Of a stretch of DNA of 64,000 bases, positions 17,968 to 26,429 are shown one piece after another. Location: contig CBDFGU010000009.1 of assembly GCA_965247335.1 (NCBI GenBank), forward strand, positions 139,519 to 203,518. The letters run 5' to 3'. Below the pieces are notes generated by a model. It was given only the letters and a program-made list of their open reading frames with translations. It was not told the origin of the DNA and searched no databases. Positions within the stretch are counted from its first letter, which is position 1, and the number at the start of each line of letters is the position of its first letter. The stretch comes from Rickettsiales bacterium (GTDB taxonomy: Bacteria; Pseudomonadota; Alphaproteobacteria; Rickettsiales; UBA3002). A program made the position numbers and the translations under genes.

Positions 17968-19113
17968 CTACAATATTATTGGTTTCGGCAAGTTTTGCAC
18001 CTCATCGCCTTTACGTGCTGTGAAACTGAATTTCTTCCGTAATTGTAGAATGGGTTTTTCAACGCCATGCCAGCTTGCAATCGCAACGCATGTACTTAAT
18101 AGCAGCGAAAGCAGAAAATGTAAGGGCACCCCGATTTTGGGAGAGAGAATAACTATCAACACTTGCTGCAGTGGGTAGGCATAAAGATATATGCCATAAG
18201 AATAATCGCCGCGTGAGTAGATGGGCAGACGTGGAATTTTTTTAAGGCCAAGATAAACAGTGAGATAACCGGTCGGTAGAAACAGTACGAGTGGTGTGTA
18301 ATTACCAAAGTCCAAGTATGTCGAATGTCCGAAAAATAAAAGCACTGCGCTGATAACTGCTAGACCGATCGAAAACGGGATGTAATCTTTGAAAGTGAAT
18401 AGAAGAACGCCAGATAGAAAATAGAAATATAGGTAACGACCTCGCGAGCCTATAAAATTTGACGCATAATGGTTTATAGCATTATCGCTAGAGATCATGT
18501 CGACGGAACTATCCGCAGCAATAAGAGCAATATAAAATATTAATACAAACAGTGCGAAAGCGATGAGCAGCCTACCTTTGTGTTTCACCGCACTAGTTAG
18601 AATCAGCAATGACATGACTATGTAGCATCCGATTTCAAACGGTACCGTCCATAACGAACCATTAACCTGCATCGGGAAAGGGTTGCTGGAAAACACACCG
18701 GGTAATTCGAAATGTATGAACCCAATCAAATTCAAGAAGTAGCGATGAAATTCCTTTCCTCTTAAATAGTCTCCGAAGGAGAAAATGGTGAAGACTGGGC
18801 CAATAAGTAGTGCTGAAATAAGAATATCAACTCCAAGCGCGGGAACTATACGTATGGCTCTGTTTAAAAGAAAATCCTTCAGTTTAAGTCGTTGGGCAGA
18901 GCCACATATGAGAAAGCCACTAAGTGCAAAGAACATAGGGAGTGGATTAGCAAATACGGTCCATAAATTATTGGTATCGATGAAATTGTAATTACCGTTC
19001 ACGATTAAGAATGAATGGTCCAACATAATTGATATTGCTAATGCAACACGAAGGAAATCGAAGCCAGGACCTATACCCCTAAATTCTGTCAGCCTGCTTC
19101 CAAAAGTTTTCAT
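17968..19113 (-). CDS. acyltransferase family 3 membrane protein (O-acyltransferase-like)
   Basis: N-terminal FDFLRVALAISIMLDHS and a polytopic profile. AT-rich codon usage. Confidence 0.8.
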   Translation of the reverse strand: MKTFGSRLTEFRGIGPGFDFLRVALAISIMLDHSFLIVNGNYNFIDTNNLWTVFANPLPMFFALSGFLICGSAQRLKLKDFLLNRAIRIVPALGVDILISALLIGPVFTIFSFGDYLRGKEFHRYFLNLIGFIHFELPGVFSSNPFPMQVNGSLWTVPFEIGCYIVMSLLILTSAVKHKGRLLIAFALFVLIFYIALIAADSSVDMISSDNAINHYASNFIGSRGRYLYFYFLSGVLLFTFKDYIPFSIGLAVISAVLLFFGHSTYLDFGNYTPLVLFLPTGYLTVYLGLKKIPRLPIYSRGDYSYGIYLYAYPLQQVLIVILSPKIGVPLHFLLSLLLSTCVAIASWHGVEKPILQLRKKFSFTARKGDEVQNLPKPIIL

Positions 19114-19257
19114 TTGTTTGCGAATTTCTTAACTCAAGATTTGGTTGGCTATGTTTTAAAATTATCTGTACCAGCGACTGATTAACTAAATCAAGCTATC
19201 TTGGCATTAGCCGCTGGAGCTCTGATTTCGGTGCTCATAAGCTCGGGTGGCATGTCC

Positions 19258-19291
19258 ATATGCGTGACGGCGATGTTCTCGATAATCGGTA
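19258..19291. repeat. 34-nt direct repeat, right copy
   Basis: 33/34 identical to 12154-12187. It lies 160 nt upstream of the integrase start. Confidence 0.85.
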
Positions 19292-19451
19292 TTTATTTCA
19301 TCACTTGACGACTATAACCCAGCTAACAATCATACATTTAGAAATAAAAGACAATACACTAATGATAAATATCAGCATGATGGCTGATTTTATATTCGTA
19401 TTATGGGCGATGCTGTGTTATATAATACGTCCACAAAATGTTGACGACGTA

Positions 19452-20786
19452 ATGACCAAAAAATCCGAACACCCGCGTGAAAACTTCACGCACACATTTT
19501 TAAAACAGTTACGACCCGCTGACGGTGCCACACAAGCTTATGCCTATTACGACACCATGGAACCGAAGCTGACCCTGCTCGTTCATGCAGGTGGAACGAA
19601 AACCTTTTCGGTTAGTAAAAAAGTGAACGGCAAAGCGAACAAATATAAATTGGGCACTTTTCCCGATATGAGCGTCGAGCAAGCGCGACGCGCTGCCAAG
19701 GCGGTTTTGAGCAGAATTGCCAATGGAGAAGATCCTCAAGAGGACAAACGGCGCTACCGAAAAGAAATGCGGATGGATGAGTTTTTTGCCGCCTATTGCG
19801 CTGACGCAAAAAAAGCTACCATTGGCGACGATAAAAAAACCTACCGCCTTTATCTCAGCGATTGGTCATCGAAAAAATTATCAGACATAAAACGCTCGGA
19901 TGTTCGTGCGAAAATGACGCAAGTTAAAGTGAAGCACAGCGAGCCTGCCAGCAACAAGGTGCATACTCTGATTCGGCGGCTGTTCAATGTTGCCATCGAT
20001 TTAGAAGCATTTATCGGACCAAATCCAGCAAAAGGCTTGGAACGTTATAAAACGATATCACGCGAGAGATTTCTCGAAGCACATGAACTCCCCTTCTTCT
20101 TCGAAGCCCTACCATACGAACAAAACCCAGTTGCAAGGGCATATTTGGCCACTCTTTTGCTCACTGGCATGCGCAAGTCCGAGGCGCTAACGCTACGATG
20201 GCAAGACGTCGACTGGCATCGTAAAGAGCTTAATTTGCCCAAGACAAAAAATGGCAAGCCCCATGTGGTGCCAATATCAGTACATTTGGAAAATTTTCTT
20301 CAAGAACTTCAATTAGTTAAAGAAAATGAATGGGTATTCCCGGGGAATAGCAAAAAAGGCCACATGAATGAACCCCGCAAAGCATGGATACGCCTACTTC
20401 AGCGCGCCCGGCTATTACAAGTTGTGCATATGCTGATTGAATCGAAACACTGGTCAGTCAAAGAGCTTGATCTGTTCAGGTCTGCTCCTCAGCATGAAGT
20501 TGATGAGGTGCTCATGAAACTTACCAATGTCGCAAATACTATGCGCGTTGATATGAGCCGAGCAGGAATTCCCGGTGTATGCATGCATGATATCCGACGA
20601 ACGATAGCATCATGGGGGGCGATCAGCGGCATGAGTCTACCCATCATCGGCAAATTGCTCAACCACAAGACAGCCGCGACGACACAAATCTACGCGCGAT
20701 TGTCAGATGCCCCGGTACGCACAGCAATCGATCATGTTACCGATATAATGGTCAATATGAAGCCGCCATCAGCTGCTCGCAACTAA
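19452..20786 (+). CDS. tyrosine-type site-specific integrase (P4-like, with N-terminal arm-binding-type domain)
   Basis: TGMRKSEALTLRW (Arg I), HDIRRT (HxxR), NHKTAATTQIYARL (His/Tyr). The N-terminal ...KTFSVSKKVNGKANKYKLGTFPDMSVEQARRAA resembles the DUF4102-type domain. Start set at ATG 19452 (MTKKSEH). Confidence 0.85.
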   Translation: MTKKSEHPRENFTHTFLKQLRPADGATQAYAYYDTMEPKLTLLVHAGGTKTFSVSKKVNGKANKYKLGTFPDMSVEQARRAAKAVLSRIANGEDPQEDKRRYRKEMRMDEFFAAYCADAKKATIGDDKKTYRLYLSDWSSKKLSDIKRSDVRAKMTQVKVKHSEPASNKVHTLIRRLFNVAIDLEAFIGPNPAKGLERYKTISRERFLEAHELPFFFEALPYEQNPVARAYLATLLLTGMRKSEALTLRWQDVDWHRKELNLPKTKNGKPHVVPISVHLENFLQELQLVKENEWVFPGNSKKGHMNEPRKAWIRLLQRARLLQVVHMLIESKHWSVKELDLFRSAPQHEVDEVLMKLTNVANTMRVDMSRAGIPGVCMHDIRRTIASWGAISGMSLPIIGKLLNHKTAATTQIYARLSDAPVRTAIDHVTDIMVNMKPPSAARN

Positions 20787-20904
20787 CAACGCATTCTTTA
20801 AATCAGCGCCGAATGCTTTGAATCCTGCTGCATTCGCTGCGTTAATATTCGCAAAACTTCTTTATACCTGTTTACATTCAGCTAATGTGAAACGCGTTTT
20901 AAAT

Positions 20905-22521
20905 ATGGGGGATATAGTGCGTTTTAAGAAAACTGGCTTCCTCGCTATTGCAGCTCTGCTTATACTACCGATTCAAGGGCATACCGCAAGTTTCAACTGC
21001 CAAAGCGTAGGCATTACAACACTTGAGGCATTCATCTGCGTCGATAATGAATTATCTGACATGGACAGCCAGGTGGCGCAAAAATATAATAATTTGCATG
21101 AAAACTACGCGAACGATGCTGTAAAAAGGGAACAAGCTTTAGCGGACCAGCGCGAATTTTTACGGTTACGCACGGTAAGTTGCCCTATACCTGCGACCGG
21201 ATACCAAGAAGCAGGACCTATCGCAGATGGCATATGGGAATGCCTGAAAGGACATTATACTCTGCGCCTACATGCGTTGGATGCTGAGCTTGAGGCCAAT
21301 GCGGCAGCGCCAGTCATAACTGATGCGAAACCTGAAGCATATGTCGCTGCTACCGTTAAAAACATTCCTACGCCTGTTACTACCGATAATTCGGCAACAA
21401 CGATAAGCCCAGAACAGAAAGAGCCAGCTACGCCACACGATGTTCCACCGCCTAAGGAAAGGACAGTGGACACAGCTAAAACGGTTGACCATACAAGTGA
21501 TGTCAGCGCACCGGAAGCAACGCATAGCTCATTAATCGCTAAAACTTTGGACTTCCTTACCGATGCCGGTATGGAGAATTTCTATATACTTATCATTGCT
21601 TTGATGACGGCAGCGATTGCTTGGAATATAGGCAAATCAACGTTGACAAAATTCAGGAACAAACACACGAGCACAGATGTTGAATCCGGCAAAGATTATA
21701 CCAAACCTAACATTTTAGATTTTGCGGACTCACCTGACGAAAGCGGAGGGAAGTTCACGGAATCAGAAAATTCAAAAGTTCATATACCAAAAGATCAATA
21801 CGGAAATGATCTAGGAAAATTTCGACAGTGGACGCAAGCGCATCCCTTGCTTACTATTTGTGGTATCTTCATATTCTCCATGGTTATCGGAGACATATTT
21901 GACGGTTTTCAAGAAAAACCCTATCGAACTATCGGTGTGAGTGCTTCTGCGAACGCTACGCTTTATAAACCACTTATTGATTCCATGCCAAAATCCAACC
22001 AGCTAACCATCAATGAAATACAAGGGATATGGGCAGAACCCAACTGCAGTTATCCTAGATCTGCAATAACTTTCGGAACCAATAAATTTGCATCATTAAG
22101 TACAACTATGGAAGGAAATTCGCGATTAAGCGGCCTTGATGGATTATATGAATCTGCAGGCTTACACGTAAAAGAAGGCGTTAAAGTTGCTTACGATGTT
22201 TACAGTTACGCTGAGAAGAACAGTTCAATTATTGTCACTCATGAAACACAAAATGGATCTCAGGCGGAATTTAAATTTGTGAAGATTGGGTCTAAACTTG
22301 CTCAAATTCAAAAAAAACATGAAAAAGACGGTTCCACCAGTATTTATGATTATTTCGATGGCTTCGGCGAGGTTAAAAGTTTTAACGATGATGAATACTA
22401 TTCAATACCTCTGATGGATAAATGCACGAGCGATTCAGAAGAGACTAAAAAATTCACAGCCATAGCGGCTGATCTCGGAAAAAAACAACATTTCGTACTA
22501 TACCATCCAGACTCACAATAA
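20905..22521 (+). CDS. membrane-anchored hypothetical protein with N-terminal LprI-like (DUF1311) domain
   Basis: Signal-like FLAIAALLILPIQGHTA, then C..(9)..E.FIC.DNELSDMDSQV..KY...(L)ADQREFLRLRTVSC (DUF1311 pattern). Pro/Thr-rich linker, 2 predicted TM segments and an unrecognised ~230-aa C-terminal domain. Confidence 0.5.
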   Translation: MGDIVRFKKTGFLAIAALLILPIQGHTASFNCQSVGITTLEAFICVDNELSDMDSQVAQKYNNLHENYANDAVKREQALADQREFLRLRTVSCPIPATGYQEAGPIADGIWECLKGHYTLRLHALDAELEANAAAPVITDAKPEAYVAATVKNIPTPVTTDNSATTISPEQKEPATPHDVPPPKERTVDTAKTVDHTSDVSAPEATHSSLIAKTLDFLTDAGMENFYILIIALMTAAIAWNIGKSTLTKFRNKHTSTDVESGKDYTKPNILDFADSPDESGGKFTESENSKVHIPKDQYGNDLGKFRQWTQAHPLLTICGIFIFSMVIGDIFDGFQEKPYRTIGVSASANATLYKPLIDSMPKSNQLTINEIQGIWAEPNCSYPRSAITFGTNKFASLSTTMEGNSRLSGLDGLYESAGLHVKEGVKVAYDVYSYAEKNSSIIVTHETQNGSQAEFKFVKIGSKLAQIQKKHEKDGSTSIYDYFDGFGEVKSFNDDEYYSIPLMDKCTSDSEETKKFTAIAADLGKKQHFVLYHPDSQ

Positions 22522-22558
22522 TGGAATCGAATACTCATAGCACTTATCGTGGCAAGCA

Positions 22559-23047
22559 CTATTGTATCCAGTTCGTCAACTTGAAGTCGGCGTCTGTTGT
22601 GTTCTCGGTCAAATATAAATCATAACCATGCATCATCCACTCGAAATCCATTAGGATTGGTGGGATTTCGCCGTGAGCTACAAACAGACTTTTCCCGTAA
22701 GCATCGTCATCGAGCAATCTGTCGATATTAAAAAGCATACGCGTAATGGTGTTTCCACGGCTCGGCGCCATTGTATTTTCAGCAAATTGCAAGTTTTGAT
22801 GGATCATGATCGTGTGCCGTGCATCGTGTTCCTTCTGGTTTAATATCGCGGTAAGCTGAGAAACGACCAAGCGATTATCGAGTTCCACGGAAGCCATATC
22901 GTAGAGATGCAGATAGTGAAATACTAACAAATCTAGCGGCATATTTTGCAGTTGCCGGGGTGTCCAAAAGGGACCTTTGTCAGGTGTAATAAAATCAGCC
23001 ATTCGCTGGTGAAACAATCGAAGTCGCGGCGGCAGCAACTGCCGCAC
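22559..23047 (-). CDS. hypothetical protein, translationally coupled to the upstream small recombinase
   Basis: The GTG at 23047 shares one nt with the recombinase TAG stop; an alternative ATG is at 23002. No motif recognised. Confidence 0.45.
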   Translation of the reverse strand: MRQLLPPRLRLFHQRMADFITPDKGPFWTPRQLQNMPLDLLVFHYLHLYDMASVELDNRLVVSQLTAILNQKEHDARHTIMIHQNLQFAENTMAPSRGNTITRMLFNIDRLLDDDAYGKSLFVAHGEIPPILMDFEWMMHGYDLYLTENTTDADFKLTNWIQ

Positions 23048-23610
23048 TAAAGCAACTCCACTGCTTGTTTCATCATTTCATCGTTTACATCGATGTATCG
23101 CTGCGTCGTCGATAGATTTTTATGGCCAGCCAATGTCATTACGACTTTGGCCGAAATGCCTTTGTGTGCAAGGTTCGTAATGAACCAGCGTCGCCCGCTA
23201 TGGCTCGATGCATCATCGATACCAGCCTTCGTATATAAATGCTTGAATCGCTGGCACAGTGTATTGGCGGTAAATGCCGTGTTCTTTTGCGTCAGCAGCA
23301 GCGGTTTGCCCGCTTCCCTACCCTGTACCACAGAAGCGTACTTTTCCGCTTCCTTGATGAGCTTGTCGCTGAGAAACACTGTTCTGGCTTCGTTAGCCTT
23401 GGTGTTTTCGGCTTTCAAACGCAATTGGCGCTTCACGCCTTCGCTGTTATATACGTCCGTTACCTTCAGCGATGCTATCTCACCAACCCGCAATCCCGCC
23501 AAGTAAGACAACATCACCGCAAACCGGTCACGTGGGCCGTGCCGTTCGCTTGCTATTACTAAAAGCAGCCGCTTCATCTCGGCTTCTGTAATCACTTTGG
23601 CTTGTTTCAT
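23047..23610 (-). CDS. small tyrosine recombinase (catalytic domain only, 187 aa)
   Basis: LAGLRVGEIASL (Arg I), HSGRRWF (HxxR), LAGHKNLSTTQRYI (His...Tyr). There is no N-terminal core-binding/SAM-like domain. Confidence 0.75.
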   Translation of the reverse strand: MKQAKVITEAEMKRLLLVIASERHGPRDRFAVMLSYLAGLRVGEIASLKVTDVYNSEGVKRQLRLKAENTKANEARTVFLSDKLIKEAEKYASVVQGREAGKPLLLTQKNTAFTANTLCQRFKHLYTKAGIDDASSHSGRRWFITNLAHKGISAKVVMTLAGHKNLSTTQRYIDVNDEMMKQAVELL

Positions 23611-23982
23611 CGCATCACCTCATAAAATATCGGGTTTTATGTGGTTTTATTATATTGCCTGTTGGTGGGCTGGACGACCAAAGATAAATCGTCAATGTCT
23701 CTGCGGCTTTCAGCCGATACATCATTAAATATGTATTTTGTTATATTCGTTCAGTGCATCTGTTTGCTTTGTTTTGCATTTGGATGCTTTAAAAAGATTC
23801 ATCGATTTAATATCGATCATTAAGACTTTAATTGTTTGATATTTGCTTAACGCTTTCTGTTAAATGGAATGTATATTTCATAGTTATTACTCTGCTGCTG
23901 CGTTTTTCAGCGTCAACATTTTTAAACTTATGTAAGCCTCGTCACCTACCGCATTGGAAGCAATGCGGGGCGATGTCGGCAA

Positions 23983-24489
23983 TTATTTAATGAACACGCC
24001 TCCACGCGAAACGAAGTAAGTATCAGTGCTGGTGTTTTCCCAGATTTCTTTGAACATGTACTTGATGGACTCCTGCTTGTGCGCCTCGTCGGTGTAATCC
24101 CCCAGCTGGAGATCGCCTGCAGGCATCAGAAGCTTCCATATGGGGGGTGCTAGCATTTGGAAGCGTAGGGGGTCAGGCGTTTTGAACCCGCAGTGGTAAT
24201 GTAAATTGCTTTTAATGTGCTCGGGAGCTGCGATAATGACAGTTCGATCTTCCGGTTTTAGCTCATTGTACTTCGGGCCGTACAATTTCCTGTCGATGAG
24301 CATATGGAACCGGTCCCATATGATATTGCAGCTGCTGAGGTTGTGTTTTTTGCTGTTTATAGCCGCTGTTCCAAAATTGGTGATGCCCATTTCGCGCAAC
24401 CAGCCAGTCCAAAGCTTAAAATTCTCTTTTTTTCGTGTGTACCCGAACTCGTGTAACTGTCCGCAATCTTTTGGGGGCGTGATATTCAT
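23983..24489 (-). CDS. hypothetical protein (weak HUH-endonuclease-like motif pattern)
   Basis: 168-aa ORF with NLHYHCGF (HxH) followed ~45 aa later by IKYMFKE (YxxK). This is only a pattern resemblance. Confidence 0.4.
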   Translation of the reverse strand: MNITPPKDCGQLHEFGYTRKKENFKLWTGWLREMGITNFGTAAINSKKHNLSSCNIIWDRFHMLIDRKLYGPKYNELKPEDRTVIIAAPEHIKSNLHYHCGFKTPDPLRFQMLAPPIWKLLMPAGDLQLGDYTDEAHKQESIKYMFKEIWENTSTDTYFVSRGGVFIK

Positions 24490-24578
24490 ATAAATTCCTT
24501 CGTCGTGATTTATTTATAGGCCGCAGAATCCCCTCAGCTAAATTCGCTGATTTCTGCGGGTTTAAACTGTTTGTTTAG

Positions 24579-24791
24579 CTAGTGAGTGGCACTCTCGATG
24601 AACTGCTGCACATCAGCTGGCCGATATAAAATGCTTCGCCCAACCTTAACGTATTTGAGTGGGTATCGCTTTTTGTGCCGCCATGTGGCGAGCGTTTCTA
24701 GTTTCACGCCGAGAATCTTCGATACTTGGCTGGGTGTTAACAACACATCTCCAGTTAATGTGTAGCGTGGTTCGTAAGTAATATTAAACAT
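24579..24791 (-). CDS. AlpA/excisionase-family helix-turn-helix DNA-binding protein
   Basis: 70 aa. LLTPSQVSKILGVKLETLATWRHKKRYPLKYVKVGRSILYRPADVQQFI is the typical HTH_17/AlpA layout. Confidence 0.7.
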   Translation of the reverse strand: MFNITYEPRYTLTGDVLLTPSQVSKILGVKLETLATWRHKKRYPLKYVKVGRSILYRPADVQQFIESATH

Positions 24792-24997
24792 ATGTCTTCT
24801 TTTGCTTTTTTGCCGTGCTGGTTGTTAGGGCAGCTGACCATCTGCTGCTTTAAAAAGGAGCCTAGCAGAAAATTCTACCCACTGCAAATGTATTTGTATG
24901 TTATTATGTTGATTTATATAGATAATAACAAGTTCGGTGTTTTGAATTTGTTATTATTTAAAACTGGCCGACTGAGACCGACAAAAATAGACAAGCG

Positions 24998-25020
24998 AAG
25001 TTGACGGCTGGTTGAATTGA
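24998..25020. repeat. 23-nt motif shared with both displaced island ends
   Basis: aagttgacggctggttgaattga is identical at 10276-10298, 11273-11295 and 24998-25020. All copies have the same orientation and lie inside the island. Confidence 0.8.
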
Positions 25021-25087
25021 ACGAAGTATTTTTTTGATATGGAAATGCTGTTGCGAGCTGAGAGCCGCAGAAACCTTGAAGAAGGAA

Positions 25088-25163
25088 TGGTGGCCAGAGA
25101 CGGGATCGAACCGCCGACACGGGGATTTTCAATCCCCTGCTCTACCAGCTGAGCTATCTGGCC
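25088..25163 (-). tRNA. tRNA-Phe (anticodon GAA)
   Basis: 76 nt that folds by hand: GGCCAGA/TA/GCTC-AGCTGGTA-GAGC/A/GGGGA-TTGAAAA-TCCCC/GTGTC/GGCGG-TTCGATC-CCGTC/TCTGGCC/A/CCA. Confidence 0.95.
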
Positions 25164-25253
25164 ACGTTCCTTCAAAAAGGAAGCAGTGCTATAGCCAAAG
25201 CCGCTCGGCATGGCAAGCATCGCGTTATACCAGCTCACTTTAAAGCGAAAAAC

Positions 25254-25451
25254 TCAGGTATTCTCACTTGGATTGTCCAGGATCTCCGTCGCCGCAATGA
25301 GGCTTGCCTCATCCACATCGTCAAGCTCTACTGCTGGCACGGCATAACTTCCGGTGAACCATTTATTGAGATCGACCTCACGGCAACGCGCCGAGCAGAA
25401 CGGTTTGGTCGCATCGGCAGAAGGCTTGGCGCAGATCGGACAATTGGGCAT
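25254..25451 (-). CDS. yacG: DNA gyrase inhibitor YacG (zinc-finger protein)
   Basis: 65 aa. CPICAKP...PFCSARCREVDLNKWF. Confidence 0.8.
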   Translation of the reverse strand: MPNCPICAKPSADATKPFCSARCREVDLNKWFTGSYAVPAVELDDVDEASLIAATEILDNPSENT

Positions 25452-25497
25452 GCCTGCTAGATAGCATCGCCTGCTGAAACTTCAAGCATCACCGTGC

Positions 25498-26238
25498 TTA
25501 CGCTGCTGACGCACTTACTAACCCCTGCCCCACGCTCACTCGCTCATCGAACACAAAACACGTGCCCTGCCAGCGCGACTCCCCTTCCGGGACTTGCTCG
25601 AGATAGGCTAGAATGCCCCCATGAAGATGGAACACCTCCGTAAACCCTAGTGACACGAGATAGGAGGAATATTTTTCGCAGCGAATGCCACCCGTGCAAT
25701 ACATGGCGATACGTTGATTGGTGCTTGAGTCGAGATGCTTCGTCGTCCACGCTACCATCTGCTTGAAGTCGCGCGTGCCAGGATTCACCGCATCCTCGAA
25801 ATGTCCCAGCGCAAATTCATACTCGTTGCGTGTATCGATCAGGACTGTATCCGGCGCGGCGATCAGCGCGCTCCAGTCGTTGGGTCGCACGTATTGGCCT
25901 ACGCATTGTGCCGGAAAAGTCGGCACTCCGAGTGAGATCAGCTCGCGCTTCACCTTCACCTTGGTGCGCTTGAAGGGCTGCTTCGCAAGATAGCTCTCCC
26001 GGTAAACAGGATTTGCAAACGGCATCTGCGTCGCCAAGAACACCATCAGCGTTTCAATTGATTCTGCAGTGCCGGATATCGTCGCATTGAGACCTTCTTG
26101 GGCTAGTGTGATCGTCCCACGAATGTCCAGTTCACGCATGCGTGTCAGCATCGGCAGCCGCAATTGCTGTGGGTTTTCAAGTGACGTAAAACTATAGAAG
26201 GTTGAAATGGTGATAGGTGCAGTCATAGCGCGCGGCAT
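25498..26238 (-). CDS. trhO: rhodanese-domain protein TrhO/YceA (UPF0176, tRNA U34 hydroxylase family)
   Basis: ...IRGTITLAQEGLNATISG..., VLIDTRNEYEF, MYCTGGIRCEKYSSYL, GGILAYLE, CFVFDERV. Confidence 0.8.
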   Translation of the reverse strand: MPRAMTAPITISTFYSFTSLENPQQLRLPMLTRMRELDIRGTITLAQEGLNATISGTAESIETLMVFLATQMPFANPVYRESYLAKQPFKRTKVKVKRELISLGVPTFPAQCVGQYVRPNDWSALIAAPDTVLIDTRNEYEFALGHFEDAVNPGTRDFKQMVAWTTKHLDSSTNQRIAMYCTGGIRCEKYSSYLVSLGFTEVFHLHGGILAYLEQVPEGESRWQGTCFVFDERVSVGQGLVSASAA

Positions 26239-26429
26239 ACTGAAACTGAAGGCTTCTGTCCAGTTTCGCGGCGATGATTAAACCGTGTGAGATGCATATA
26301 ACATTATAAAAATGCTATATAAATTTATTAACATATTGTAACTTGTTTGCTGCCTAACCTTCACAGAACCTTCACATTTCTAGCCCACGGAAAATGTTAG
26401 GTTAAAGATAGATAATTGTCAGGATAGCT

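Larger units (their letters stand above)
10114..25133. mobile_element. composite genomic island at tRNA-Phe (about 1.0-kb remnant plus about 13.9-kb element)
   Basis: Three direct 46-nt tRNA-derived repeats, integrase/recombinase/excisionase genes, IS and toxin fragments, and AT-richer DNA. Sampled line 18181-18240 has 24/60 G+C versus 39/60 for 30001-30060. Confidence 0.75.

Noticed and set aside
23790-23825. Near-palindrome tcatcgatttaatatcgatca in the AT-rich gap upstream of the small recombinase (possible invertible-switch or operator site)
   Set aside because: It is not a true inverted repeat when reverse-complemented, and I found no matching partner site flanking a promoter-sized segment.
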